This document shows, in pieces, positions 63,663-64,000 of a stretch of 64,000 bases of DNA (position 1 is the stretch's first letter; each line of letters opens with the position of its first letter). Below the pieces are notes generated by a model, which was not told where the DNA came from, made no database searches, and worked only from the letters and a program-made list of their open reading frames with translations. Location: assembly GCF_006345805.1 (NCBI RefSeq), contig NC_043006.1, positions 65,968,001 through 66,032,000 on the forward strand, read 5' to 3'. A program made the position numbers and the translations under genes. The DNA comes from Octopus sinensis. Lineage: Eukaryota.

Positions 63663-64000
63663 CTATCTGTCTGTCTGTCTGTATGTATATATGTATATGT
63701 ATGTGTGTGAATAATATTTTCAACAGATGTGTTGCAAATGTATCTGATTGTTCTCAAGCTTCAAATTTACTCTCTTCCAAGAACATTTTCACTCACTCTT
63801 ATTTGTTAGCTTCCCATACATTTTACTCATGTATCTATCAGCGTTCATGGACAGTAACAAATATTACATCTAGTTTCATTTTTTATTCGTTACACAGTGT
63901 GTGTGTGCGTTTGCGTGTGCTGTAAACCAGACTAAGAAAAGCATTTGACACACACACCAGAATGTGAGTTTTCTGTAAATTTTGCTTAATTGGAGTTTAA

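Overview
AT-rich, repeat-dominated eukaryotic DNA, most likely from an octopod cephalopod. This is an inference from the tRNA-derived SINE families, RTE LINEs with (GAT)n tails and very dense (TA)n/(TACA)n/(CA)n microsatellites. The only host gene I can support is the large first coding exon of a chondroitin polymerizing factor (CHPF-like) gene on the minus strand (50667-51497, clean GTAAGT donor). I found no downstream exon, so positions 1-50666 are probably one intron of more than 50 kb. The rest is transposon debris: RTE, CR1, Tx1/L1 and CRE-like LINEs, Tc1/mariner, Helitron, hAT and piggyBac-type MITEs, and many SINEs. The most interesting signals lie outside the ORF track. (1) Several type I hammerhead ribozyme folds sit in Penelope-like remnants: four with an intact catalytic core (58442+, its mirror 56841-, 21148-, 58956+) and several decayed ones, including a family with a CUGU(U/G)GA core variant. 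(2) A ~1.7 kb near-perfect palindrome carries a ribozyme in each arm, next to a mosaic rearrangement. (3) A young 6 x ~141 bp tandem array lies in CHPF intron 1. (4) Many local fold-back (template-switch) events occur, one of which disables a young CR1 reverse transcriptase. Almost all ORFs in the supplied track are microsatellite or TE artefacts. Family names come from manual motif recognition; no database search was run, and TE boundaries are approximate unless TIR/TSD coordinates are given.
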